Shown in pieces: positions 13,351 to 24,666 of a stretch of DNA of 64,000 nucleotides. Made by a program: the position numbers and the translations under genes. Positions within the stretch are counted from its first letter, which is position 1. Each line of letters opens with the position of its first letter. The stretch is from NCBI GenBank assembly GCA_051294375.1, contig CM119263.1, forward strand, positions 11,381,894 through 11,445,893, read 5' to 3'. Under the pieces are notes generated by a model, which saw only the letters and a program-made list of their open reading frames with translations, made no database searches and was not told where the DNA came from. The DNA is from Paraspadella gotoi (taxonomy: Eukaryota > Animalia > Chaetognatha).

Positions 13351-14115
13351 TTTTAGGTCCATCAGCAGATTCCGGCTCTATAATTCACTTTGTCGGTTCC
13401 GTCTGTCCGCCCCTCCCAATCTTGTCGGGCTTTCACTAATATCTTGTCAGAACATCGAATATATTGATAATTATGAAAAAATGATGTCCGTCTTGTCTGT
13501 CTGTCTGTCTGTCCTTCCGTCCGTCCGTCCGTCCGTCCGTCCGTCCGTCCGTCCCACCTTAGCAAAAAAACACCAATTACTCGTGATCGTAGGGATGGAT
13601 TGGAATGAAATTTTGTGTGTGGGTAGCGTTAAGTGTGTGATTGAGCTGGATATGAAGGTTCGATGAATCGTCCGAGTGGAAATGAGTAAATGGAAAAAAA
13701 CAAAAAATTAAATCACTATTTTGAACGCCAATTACTCATGAGTGAATGGGGCGATTGATTTCAAATTTTGTAGGAAAGTGTGTGATTGAGCAGAAAAATA
13801 AGTTTCGATTGAATCGTCCAAGTGGAAATGAGTTGAAATAGAAAAAACAAACAATCGATTTCACTATTTGATTATGCTTTTTATTTTTATATTAAATGTA
13901 AATTCAAGCTACATTAATTAATTATTAATAAATAAGTAATTAATTAATTATTAATTATTTGTAATTAATTAATTAATTGATCGAAATGTTTGTTTTCTGA
14001 TTGAGGAGACGAGACAAAGTGGAAAACGATTTTGACACGAATAAAAATTAGATTAATTAATTAATTAATTATCATGATCGTGGCAGATCCGGCCATTGTT
14101 TGCTCAAACTCGTTT
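13351..14115 (+). mobile_element. Helentron-associated non-autonomous (HINE/DINE-1-like) element with central tandem repeats
   Basis: 5' subTIR GCAGATTCCGGC, (TCTG)n/(CCGT)n microsatellite at 13495-13553, two ~160-bp tandem units (13570-13870), 3' subTIR GCAGATCCGGC plus stem-loop GTTTG-CT-CAAAC and a T-rich end. Homologous copy at 57782-58607. An inverted partial unit lies at 13265-13350. Confidence 0.7.
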
Positions 14116-14214
14116 GTCATTATTCTTCATAATTGGAAGTTCTGAGGTGGTAAAAGTGATTTATCGATAATGTCTTGGGGTGGGATCGACGGACCGTCAA
14201 AGTGGAATGTAGAG

Positions 14215-14295
14215 CGAATTTTGTTTCATATTTTTATAGCCGAATCTGCTTATAGTATAAGCAGATTCGGCTATAAAAATATGAAACAAAATTCG
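14215..14295. repeat. Perfect palindrome: 40-bp arms, 1-nt spacer
   Basis: CGAATTTTGTTTCATATTTTTATAGCCGAATCTGCTTATA-G-TATAAGCAGATTCGGCTATAAAAATATGAAACAAAATTCG. The arms are exact reverse complements. Confidence 0.95.
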
Positions 14296-15745
14296 TCCCG
14301 AGTTCTTGAGAAAGAATATTTCAAAATGTCTGACTAAAGTCTTTAGTACAGAAATTTGTTTGTTTGACTTCTGGACATGTTATGTTCCAAATATAATTTG
14401 GTAAATATTAGCGAACCCTCTCCAACCCTACTCCATGTTACTAGTTATCATATCATTTTGGATCCTCCCCGCTATTTTGTTTACTAAAATGATAGAGAGT
14501 CGGTTGGGATGCCGCATAGTGACTCCTAACGGAATTTTAGGAACTCGAGATAAACAAAAGACTCGACGAGCAGTACAGAAAATAAAAGGTAAATTTTAAC
14601 GAATATATAAGTTATAATTTTCAATTATATATTATCCCAACAAGTCGATTGTAGTAAATTAGAATAATTATAATATTTAACATGCTTACGGGTATTTGTT
14701 ATTCTCATATCCCAAGTCTAAATCTTATTAAAATATCATTTATTGTTTCTTTAAATTATTGTAGGTTGTAAGAAATTTTGAGTCAAATGGTTTGCTGCGT
14801 GGTTTTATTCCATTCGAAAACATCTGTGCTTTTTAAATATAGAAACACATGCAATGGTAATTCAGTGCAACTTACTTCATTCGAACAAGCGTTAATCATT
14901 AATCTTGTTTTTAAATATAAATAAAGTTTATATCGATTTTATGCCTATAGATATGTTGAAACCTAAAGGTAAAATGTTTATTCTTGGTCTTGACCGCTTA
15001 TCATCGTAAACAGGTTATGATACGGTAACAACTAGGCCGGTTTGGCAAAAATTACCTGCCTCTTTAAGAGTTTATGAACAATTCGTATTTTGTATTTGTA
15101 TTTATTATTAATATTTGGTTGCTCTTTTATTTATCTCAGCTCACATATAATCGCGTAGTGGGCGAGAAGTCAAAAACTCTGTTCTCCTTTGACTACACGT
15201 GCGACTCAAAGAAAAAGGGAATCTGTAAAAGAAACGAGAACAAGAGAGCAAAAAACGCGAAAGAGCGAGAGAGCGAGAGAGCGAGAGAGCGAGAGAGCGA
15301 GAGAGCGAGAGAGCGAGAGAGCAAAAACGCTAGAACGAGGAAGAAAGATTCATCATTTCAGGTCGACGTGACTTTCTGATAAAATCTTCCATAACTTTGA
15401 TCGAGAAGAAAAAAGTTACGTATAATCTCTTTTCGCTTTTATTTTCCTGATTTCTTAATTTGCAAGCTCTTTAGCATCAAAAGCCTTGTACGTAAGATTT
15501 AGCCGAAAATTAAATTTGAATTGACTTTTCAAGAAAGGCCACCCCAAAAAAAAAAAACAAAAACATTTCCTAAAAAACAAAACCGAGAAAAGGAAAAACG
15601 ACGTGTTTCTTAATTAGTATTCACGCCTCACAAGGATTCGTTTTACAGCCCTCCTTTTTAGCCAAGTTTTTTTCTCTTCTGGAGAAAAGGTTTAAGTACT
15701 ACTTTGCTTCTAATCTAAATCGGTTCTTATCTTAATTCTAGGACA

Positions 15746-15885
15746 TTAGATATCAGCTGTAAAATGCGTGTAGTCGGGTATTGCGACAAGATCCCTCTGC
15801 CCTCTTCTTGAGAAAAGCCATGAGCTCCTAACCATCGGGTACAGGGATCGATCACCGAAAGTGACTACCCTACGGAAGGCCTTAT
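15746..15885 (-). CDS. Putative second/terminal exon of the gene starting at 16841
   Basis: Acceptor tttgtctatgttcgtAG (15887-15886). The phase-1 join with the upstream exon gives DKAFRRVVTFGDRSLYPMVRSSWLFSRRGQRDLVAIPDYTHFTADI* (TAA 15748-15746). Confidence 0.35.
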
Positions 15886-16157
15886 CTACGAACATAGACA
15901 AATGATGAAACTAAATAATTTCGACAATTTTCTGTAACGGAAAATTCTTTTAATATAAATTAATTTGTTTCATTTAAACTATACTTAAAATAAAATATAT
16001 CTCTGTAAAGTTAATGAAGATATACACAACGAAAATTTACTACCGCTACAATTCTACAACAATCAACAATCATTAATTTTTTTAAAAAGACAGCTACAAA
16101 TATACCATAGACAGCTTGAAACTCGGTGATTATAGATATAAAAAATTTAAAAAAAAA

Positions 16158-16366
16158 AGGAACAAGGTGTTGCGCCGCCTTACTTTCTTTTTACTTATGA
16201 TATCATTAATTCCTTATTGTTTATAAGATATCTTTAATTTTTAACAAATGAGCAACAAACAATAGGCAAGTTATAAGCGTTTTTAATGTAAGTGGGACAG
16301 GACGACGACGACCCGAAAAGTGAACTTATAGAGTTGCTCCGCGAGTACTCGCGGCGGAACTAAAAA
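16158..16366 (-). mobile_element. HINE/DINE-1-like element, same family as 7515-7618
   Basis: 16324-16366 is a near-exact reverse complement of 7515-7557. The 3' subTIR GCGGCGCAACACCTTG is on the minus strand near 16160-16180. Confidence 0.65.
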
Positions 16367-16384
16367 TAGTGTTAAAGGACTTAC

Positions 16385-16841
16385 CAGTTATGGTTGGAAC
16401 GAAATACTGCGACGATGACGACGACGACGATGTTAACGAAGATGACGATGATGATGATAGCTTTGAAAAAGCCCTGGAACGGAGCAGAGAGGAGAGACGA
16501 AAGTTGCAAGGCGTCGAGAGGAGCGGGGAGACGTGGCAAAGTCCTTCGTCTTTACCACGGTCGTTCTCCGCTTTGTCACGGCCGGTCGCGTGAACTCGGC
16601 CGTGGCAGCTGTAGTAACAGCGAATACGAATTCCGTTTTTGACGCTAACGTTCGCTAAACTTTCAGGAAATTTTGATGGCGGCGCCGAAGCGAATGAGAA
16701 GAGACGGCGGCGCCGAGATCCGTTGGCATCCGGGGATCCGCCTCCGGCAGAAACGCAAACCCGGATGTCGTTGAAGAGGGAGTTGTTCCGCGGCGACGGG
16801 CGACAGAGGCGAGAACGGCAACAAAACAACGTCGACGCCAT
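16385..16841 (-). CDS. Putative first coding exon, Arg/Ser-rich N-terminus (mitochondrial-presequence-like); unknown protein
   Basis: aaATGGCG start at 16841 and a 152-codon open frame MASTLFCCRSRLCRPSPRNN...QYFVPTIT, ending exactly at a GTAAGT donor (16384-16379). GC-rich relative to its flanks. Confidence 0.5.
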
Positions 16842-17716
16842 TTCTAGTTTTAGTCAAATTCAATCTTTGTTTCTCTTTAATTTTGTTTCGTTTCGTTTTG
16901 TGGAGATCGGTCGAAAAAAGAAAATGGCTGAGGTTTTGAAACTAAAACCGTGAAAAAATAACAACAATAACAAATTCGTCCAACATCCGGCTATTTTACA
17001 TTCTCATTGCGCATTTACCATTTTTCAGATTCTCTGACGTCTTTTCTTCCTTTTTTCTTCCTTTATTCTTTTTTTTTATTCTTTTTCTAAATTAATTATT
17101 CTCGTCGCGATGTTTTTCCGAATCCTCTGCTTTCTCTTCACAACTCGTTTAATTTTCATGAGAAAACCATTTTTGCTTTAGGTTTTCGTTTTCACCAGAG
17201 TCCCCGTGAAAAACCTTGTGACTTTTTCCTTAAGTCGGATTTCCCTTCTTTGTTTTGTTGCTTTTGTTTTTCTTATTTTTTATTATATAAAGGTTTAAAG
17301 TCCCGTAAAACGGTTTGTAGTAAAAAAACAGTATGCAAAAATCCTTAGCGTTTTTAAAATTGGTTTATTACGATGACAGAAACGAGAAACGAATAATGAA
17401 AGTTCCGATAAATTCAACCCAGATGTCGAGGATTCTCAAATTATAAGTTTCGTAGTCCCGACAGAGGACGTTCGATCCCGACGAACTGATTCGCGATGCG
17501 TGGGAGGACGAAGACGAGAGACAGCGAAATGTCGGATTTGAAAATAATCCCTATCGCGTTTCACAGAAAAAAGATGGAGAGGACTGGAAGTTTCCATTTG
17601 TATTCATGAGTCGAATTATTCACCCCCGCCACCCCAAAAAAAATATCTCAATCTTTTTTTTTTTTATTCGTACGAATCGAAACCTGAAGAGAGGGAAGGA
17701 GGGAAAAAGTATTTCA

Positions 17717-17760
17717 GTGAAAGAGTGGTGAAAGAGTGGTGAAAGAGTGGTGAAAGAGTG
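17717..17760. repeat. 11-bp minisatellite (GTGAAAGAGTG)x4
   Basis: Four exact tandem units. Confidence 0.9.
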
Positions 17761-18425
17761 GTCGGTGAAAACCGTTTACGCAGCTCCGGCCAACGTGTTT
17801 TGACCTGAGGGAGAAAATGGAGAGGAAGAGAAAAAAAAATGTTTATTTCTGTTTTTTTATTTATTTACCGATAAAACCGGGAAAGGAAGAAAAATACGTC
17901 GTTTTATTTTTATTGAGGCGGTAAAGGAGGTGGGAGAGAGAGAGAGAGAGAAAAGGGAGAGAGAGAGAAAAGGGAGATAGTTCGATGGAGGAAATGAAGA
18001 AAGAAAAGAGCAGAGAAATAAAGAAGGTTACAGCTGACTTTGGCGTCGTTGTTTTGTTTTTTTTTGGGGGTTTTTTTTCTTTGTTTTGTTTCATTATTAG
18101 AAAACAAAATCGTTTGTTCCCTCATCGTTTTGAAAATTAAACAAAAACAGGCACGGTCTTGAACGACGGTCCTCATTTTAATCTTGTTCTAGATCGAGAT
18201 GCGGGCGTAAGACGCTTCGTATTTGTGTCGGTATTGACAGAAAATTAATTACAACCGTCAAGACTGCTTTTTTGCCGTTTATATCGAATAGTTATCTTTT
18301 TAAATTCAATTGTTTATTGGGCGTGTCACGTTGGCGTCGACTTTCTCGTTGGCGTTACAGAGAAATCGATTCGTTGGCTGCTATAAAAAGCGCAACGGTT
18401 CTTTTTTCCCCTCGAATCGCTCACA

Positions 18426-18461
<36 letters not shown>

Positions 18462-18751
18462 AAAGGCAATCTCGCGGTTCATTCGAGATACGAGGAATCT
18501 TCAACAAAAATTTGCTGATTTAAAACAGCGAATGAAAAACACGAATTCGAAAGATAAGGGGAATCCCGCCGATGAGAATAACTAAAGAAAAATTGTAAAC
18601 ATAAAAATCATTTTCCCACTTATCGTGTAAATTGTCTGTTTGATGATCGAAAAGAAGATTGGGAAAATGAATCATAATAAAACTAATATAGGTGATCAGT
18701 TGTTAAAACCGGCGTGTAAAAACTGGTTTGACGAGTTCGAAGGAGAGGGGA

Positions 18752-18814
<63 letters not shown>

Positions 18815-19870
18815 TTCGGGTGACAAGTTCACTCCCGTAAAGTTAATTTTCGCCATTTGATATAGGGCACCGAGATATGTTTGTAACCGAGCCGATGTTT
18901 CTATGCTCAGTACTAAGCGAACGAAAGTAATGTCTTTTTTAAATTTTTTTTTAAAAAGATTCCACAATTAATTCATTAACTAAACAAAAAAACCTTGGGA
19001 CTAACGTTAAGAGAATTATGCAGCTTGAAGCTACAACGGAGTAAAACACGTCAAGAAAAAAAAAAGTTCTCAGGTAGAAAGAGAAATTTGCGACGGTGCG
19101 TTGCTCGTGGTAGAGAAAAACTCCTTGTGAAGGTCAACTCAATGATGGACTAAGAATAGATCGTCGCGGTCGTCGTCGTCTTCGTCGTCGTCTTCCTTCT
19201 TGCTTGTACCTGCTTTTCTTCTCCTTCCTTTCCTTCTTTCTCTTTCTTCTCACAATGTTTGAAAGAACAAAGCATCGACGATGGTTATTGCAAAATGAAG
19301 CCGCGCCTTCGTCCGCGCGCGAAGACGCGACGGAGCGTCATCAACTCATTTTTCATTCACCTTACTTTTTTTTTTTTTTTTGACCCGTCACGCGCGCGAT
19401 GTTTTTCAACCCATCAATCACCGGAACGGCGTTAAAATTCGTTCCAGTTGTGACGCGCCTCGTTCAAAATTCCAAAAAAATTGCGATGGAGAGAAAGATT
19501 ATCGAAACGATGTCAGTTGAGCACGAGCCTGATATTTACGGGGACGACGAGCGCATTCTTTTAATTTGAAATTCTTCTCAATGGATTTTGTAAGTCGTGG
19601 GGGACGTTTCTACGGTCATTCCTCTCTCTTACCGACGGCTAAACTCACGTGGACACATCGACAAACATGGCGGCTGTAAAAAACCGACCAACAACCAGGC
19701 ATAACACTAATCGAATCCTCTTAATACAATTTTTTACTTAATGATCGTTATTAACGAGATAAATTAAAATCCCCCCCTTCTCTTCTTCCCTCGAGCTTTC
19801 ACGTTTTCTCATTTCCCGAGGAGATACAGTCTTTTCCCCTTCTCACCTTTTGGCGCTTAACATTATTCAG

Positions 19871-20190
19871 GCGTTCACCTTTCGCCCGACGTCGTTATTC
19901 AGGCGTCCGTCAATCCGGTCGCGATTAATTCTGAATCTCCACCGCGGGAGAAACGCGCCTCTAGTGACACGGACGACAAAGTCGACGACGTCGACAATGA
20001 TGTCGATACTGAGAAAGACATCGACGAAGAGCTCGACAAAGACAAAGACATTGACGAAGAGCTCGACAAAGACAAAGACATTGACGAAGATCTCGACAAA
20101 GACAAAGACATTGACGAAGATCTCGACGCTGGGGTTGTCGTCTCACCGATCACAAATTACTCTTTTGAGAAGCAAAGTTTAGTATTGTGA
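19871..20190 (+). CDS. Putative terminal exon: REKR dibasic site followed by Asp-rich 10-aa repeats
   Basis: Acceptor after a polypyrimidine tract (attcAG 19869-19870). The frame is absent from the ORF track because it has no start codon: VHLSPDVVIQASVNPVAINSESPPREKRASSDTDDKVDDVDNDVDTEK(DIDEELDKDK)x2 DIDEDLDKDK DIDEDLDAGVVVSPITNYSFEKQSLVL*. Built on a 30-bp tandem repeat at ~20016-20128. Confidence 0.4.
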
Positions 20191-20326
20191 TTACCTACTA
20201 CGTTTTTAAGTTTTAATTATAATAAAAATTTTGTCAATTGATTCGTAAATTCGTGAATTTTGTTTGCGAGAAAAAAGCTGAGCGAATGAGAGGTTCAGGA
20301 AAAGGAGGGAATATGCAATCGACAAA

Positions 20327-20439
<113 letters not shown>

Positions 20440-20984
20440 CTATTCCAAACACCGACACCAAAAACAGAATAGCGATGAGTCGCCAGGATGTCAATTTCAT
20501 CGGGAAAACCGGATCCGCTTCTACCAAAACACATTTTTTTTTATGTCCAGACAAAAAAAAGTCTGCTACTCGCGTTGCTGTTCGACGCAAAATCGAATAA
20601 CTCGAATTCTGTCACGCGTTTCCCGACGTTTGACAGAAGCCTCTCGATAAAGAGAGCGAAGAGGGAGAAGAGAGATAGAGAAAGAGAGAGAGAGAGAGAG
20701 AGGGGGGGCGGATGGAATTCGTCGCAAGTTCACAATTTAAGTCACGCTTCGAAGTAGAGCTAAATGCCAATAACAAGAACTCGATTTGATAACTCGGCCT
20801 TGTTAAAGTTAGAATTGGTAGCTTCTTTTTCCCGCGAACCGAATGCCCTTTCGGGCCTTTTTTCATATCATTCATCGCGATTATCGGAAGCCGTGTGATA
20901 ACAAAAAGAGTTTTCACAGAACACTGAGACGGTAGATAGATAAAAAGACCACTTAAACAGATACTGATAATAGATAATTATATG

Positions 20985-21045
<61 letters not shown>

Positions 21046-21171
21046 CATTGAAGTTCGATCAAAAGGCGTAACATGAGATTTCAAAGTCTAACGAGTTTCA
21101 GCCCGACTTACGTCTCGACGAATTAATGGAAAAAGGTTTTCGATTTAATTGAAATTCGGATTTTGCGAAGG

Positions 21172-22277
21172 ATGAAGTCAGCGTATCACCGGAAGTGGCT
21201 GAAATTGCCCGTTTGGATGACTCTTTTGTTGACGGCTTTGTGGGCGTGTCTCGCTGGAGCCGCGTCAATAACTTCCTCGATGGAATCTTCGTTTTCATCA
21301 TCGTCTTTGTCGTCGTCGACGATATCATTCTCGTCGCCTTTCCAATCAACGTCACCGTCATCGTCGGTGTCGTCGTCGTCGTCGGCATCGTCGTCGTCGT
21401 CGTCGGCATCGTCTTCATCATCGTCTTTGTCGTCGTCGACGATATCATTTTCGTCGCTATTCCAATCAACGTCACCGTCACCATCACTGACCTCGTCGTC
21501 GCCGTCGTCGTCGACGGCGTTGTCGTCGTCATCGTCGTCGACGGCGTCGGCATCGTCTTCATCGTCGTCGTCGTCGTCGGCAACTTCACCTCCGTCGCCG
21601 TCCACGCCCTTATCGTCGTCGAGTTCAGAGACCTCAACGTCGTCGTCATCCACGCCGTCTTCAAATTCGTCGACGTCTTCTCCTCCCACGTCAACCCCCT
21701 CGTCTTTTTCTTCCTCAACATCCCAACCTACAACACCCTCTAACACTCCAGCCTATCGACGATCCTTTCTCTTGCAACTCTGCTTTTTGCCCAAGTCGGA
21801 ACGCGTCTTGAAGTTGGGTTCGGACGGCGGAGGCGAGGCCGCCTTGCTGGAGCTGTCGACGACGCCTTACTTCGAGGGAGGCGAAACTTGCGACGTGACG
21901 ATCATCGTTGATGAAGGGATCGAGGAAGAATCCTCCTCTTCCTCTTCCTCTTCCTCTTCCTCATCATCATCTTCCCTCCTTCTCACTTTCCATTTTTTCA
22001 AACTCCCCGATAAATTCGATCACATCGACGTTTACGACGGCGCCAACTCTTCCGGCGCCATTCTGACACCGCGCGGCGGCCTCTGGGGCAAGGTGTGTCC
22101 CAACGCCATCGCCAGCTCCGGCGACGCCCTCACAGTGAATTTTCACAGCGCCAGTGGTCACGTACATAGTGGCGGGTTCACGATCGTTTACACGGCGGTG
22201 AAGGAAAAGTCTAAATGCGATAACGAGAGCCAATGGGGGACATTTCTTTGCGACAACAAAAAGTATTGCATCGACAG
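21172..22277 (+). CDS. CUB-LDLa single-pass receptor, exon 1: signal peptide, Ser-rich region, CUB domain, start of LDL-A
   Basis: In-frame ATGs at 21172 and 21217 (MTLLLTALWACLAGAA signal-like), then a ~170-aa Ser/Thr tract. CUB motifs ETCDVTII, LLLTFHFFKL, DHIDVYDG, SSGDALTVNFHS, GGFTIVY. Then CDNESQWGTFLCDNKKYCID. Donor AG|GTGGGC at 22278 (phase 2). Confidence 0.88.
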
Positions 22278-23686
22278 GTGGGCGGATTCGGTGGAAGTGA
22301 GCAAGGAAAGGCGGGTAAAAAGAAAAGAAAACGAAACAATGGAAAAAACAAGAAAAAATAAACTTGCTAGAAAAGAAAAAAAATACAGATCTGGTCAAAA
22401 AAAGTTTAAACTACGAAATCTTTCAAAACAGCTAAGCCTTAAAAAAAAAAGCTGTAACTGTTAAGCTTTGGAAGGTGGGTTTGTTAAGATATAGGATCGC
22501 CACAACAGTTGCATTTATCTCTTACAGTCATCCGCAGAGTTGTCAACAAATTTGAAGCAACTAGAAACCTTGAACGAGCTGTTGGAAGTAGCAGCTCTGA
22601 ATGTTCAGTCTTGCAATTCAAAAACCGTAAGGCTTCCTCAAACCTATTAAAAAAATAAAGATTAAGAAAGAGAGAAATTATTGCCAGTTGTTCAACAGTA
22701 AAAAAATTTAAAAAATTATAAAACGCATTTAGCGAGAGCTGAACCCTTCATATTTGCGCAGCCTCTATGACTCTTTCCCTCATCACAGAAGCGGTGCTAG
22801 AAGGAAAAGGTGGTCTGATAATGTATAATTAATTGAGTCATAAAATAGTAATTGTTTTTTTTCAAATAATAAAATAAAATTCTTTTATCATGACTATTAA
22901 TCTTTTTTTTGACCAGATCTGTAGATGGGGACTGGGGAGGTTGAAAAAATAATGGCCCGATGCTAAATGGATGTAGATGATTTTATCGGCAGGGAAAAGA
23001 AATAAGATGAGCGAGAAAAGGGAGAAAGGAAAAGAGAAGGTAGAATTAAGCGTCGGAAATTGAACGACTTTTCGTGTAAGGTAGAAGCTATCTCTTTGGG
23101 AACGAGATGGCATAGAAAAGTGAGGAGGGAATAAAATCTTCGAGAGACGAATGAAAAGACGAAAGATCACGAAAACAACCGATGGGAAAAGAAGTCGTTA
23201 CCCTCGGTGGTCGCACGTGAGAATCTCACAGTCATAGTCGTTTATTATAGTTTGTATAATTGATTGATGTTAAGTTGTCGCGTTTCACTACACCCAATTC
23301 TATTTTTTTCAGAATCATGGAACTGAAAACTAGAGGTTAGAAAACACGCTCTCAATTTCGGTTTTCAACTGCCGAGTTGTTTTCTTATATTTGTTCTTTA
23401 CTGAACCGCGGAGAGGGAGTTATTCGTTATTTGAAGGATTCTGTTCAGGAGCGCCAGCAAAAAAAGGGGGGGAGAGAAAAAAATATTTTGCCCCGAGAAT
23501 TTGATGAGGTTTCTGGGTCGATCATTTTTCCCGCCATTTCTCATTTTTCATCTCGCCCCGCTTCACCTCTGACCCAGCTTCGCATCACGTAGCCTCTCAC
23601 CTTGCTGCTTCGGTTCGCTATTTCTTTCTTCAACTCATAACTTTCCTTGACTCAATTCTTTTCTCCGTCCCACGCCCCTATGCAAC

Positions 23687-24012
23687 GTCGCGCGGAAACC
23701 CGACTCTGTTATAAGAAGTATGTCCGTCTGTATGTCTGTCTCTCGGTCTATTGACATTAAGTTGCAAAAAGTAAGTTTAAAGAGCTAAAAGTGTTACGGA
23801 GAAAGGTTTCGGCGTCTAAATCACGCGTTTTCACAGTTCGAATGAGAAAGAGGCGGGAAGCAAGAAGGAGAAAAGAAAGCGGGAGGGAAGCAAGCAGGAT
23901 AAAAGAAAGCACGAGGGAAGCAAGAAAGGAGGAAGGAAAAGAAAGGGAAAAAAAAGATGAAGAAAAACAAGCCACGCGACTGGTATAGAACGCTGAATAC
24001 AGCGTCCTTGTT
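23687..24012 (+). mobile_element. HINE/DINE-1-like element in intron 1 of the CUB-LDLa gene
   Basis: 5' GTCGCG...CGACTCT, GTCC/GTCT microsatellite, ~30-bp internal tandem units (23860-23935), 3' subTIR CACGCGACT, stem-loop ACGCTG-AATA-CAGCGT, then CCTTGTT. Confidence 0.6.
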
Positions 24013-24121
24013 ATTTTTGCCCTCAGTTTCTCCTTCGAACCAAAAGATATTCGTTCGTTCTTTCAAAGCCCGTCCTTACTTTTCCTCGCCCCGCTGTCTC
24101 ACTCCCCCCCCCTCGTTCAAG

Positions 24122-24286
24122 CTCCCTGACCTGCGACGGATGGAGCAACTGCGACGACGGCAGCGACGAATGGGCGTCGCTCTGCGTTCCGCCGCCGAAA
24201 GTCGGCGCCGCCATGATCGCCCTCTTTGTCGTCGTCGGCTTCGTCGTCGTCCTCTTTGTCGTCACGTGCGTCTTGTTTTGTCGAAG
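24122..24286 (+). CDS. CUB-LDLa receptor exon 2: rest of LDL-A module and transmembrane helix
   Basis: Acceptor AG 24120-24121, donor GTAAAA 24287. The phase-2 join gives SSLTCDGWSNCDDGSDEWASLC (6-Cys LDL-A with DxSDE) and MIALFVVVGFVVVLFVVTCVLFCR. Confidence 0.9.
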
Positions 24287-24666
24287 GTAAAACAACAGAC
24301 GAGAGAATGCGGAATGTTACGAAAAAGTCCACTCTCATCCCGCCGCCCAAGCGGTTTCGCCTGCGCGGCGTCCGGCCGAAGTTGCATTCATGGAGTATAC
24401 GGACCACTGATGTGATCGGAGGCAGCAAATCAACGCTTGAACTCGCACATTGTTTTACAAATGATTTTGCAACCGCAGAATACGGTATTTTAATCTCATT
24501 CCTTGGCAAAAGAATAAGTGGCAAGATAGCTTATTAAAGTAACATTTAGACTAAATAAATACAAGCGAAAAAAATAGAATATTCCCTGCGGGAGTAACCA
24601 TTCATTGTTTCTTCTTGCGTTTCAAAACAAAGAGACGAAAANNNNNNNNNNNNNNNNNNNNNNNNN

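Noticed and set aside
20016-20128. 30-bp and 34-bp (35415-35517) direct repeats as CRISPR-like arrays
   Set aside because: The units are head-to-tail with no unique spacers, there are no cas genes, and the context is eukaryotic.
21186-21746. 186-aa Asp-rich minus ORF as a biomineralisation (aspein-like) protein
   Set aside because: It is the antisense of the Ser-rich part of an exon that has a signal peptide and continues in frame into CUB/LDL-A. It has no ATG or signal peptide of its own.
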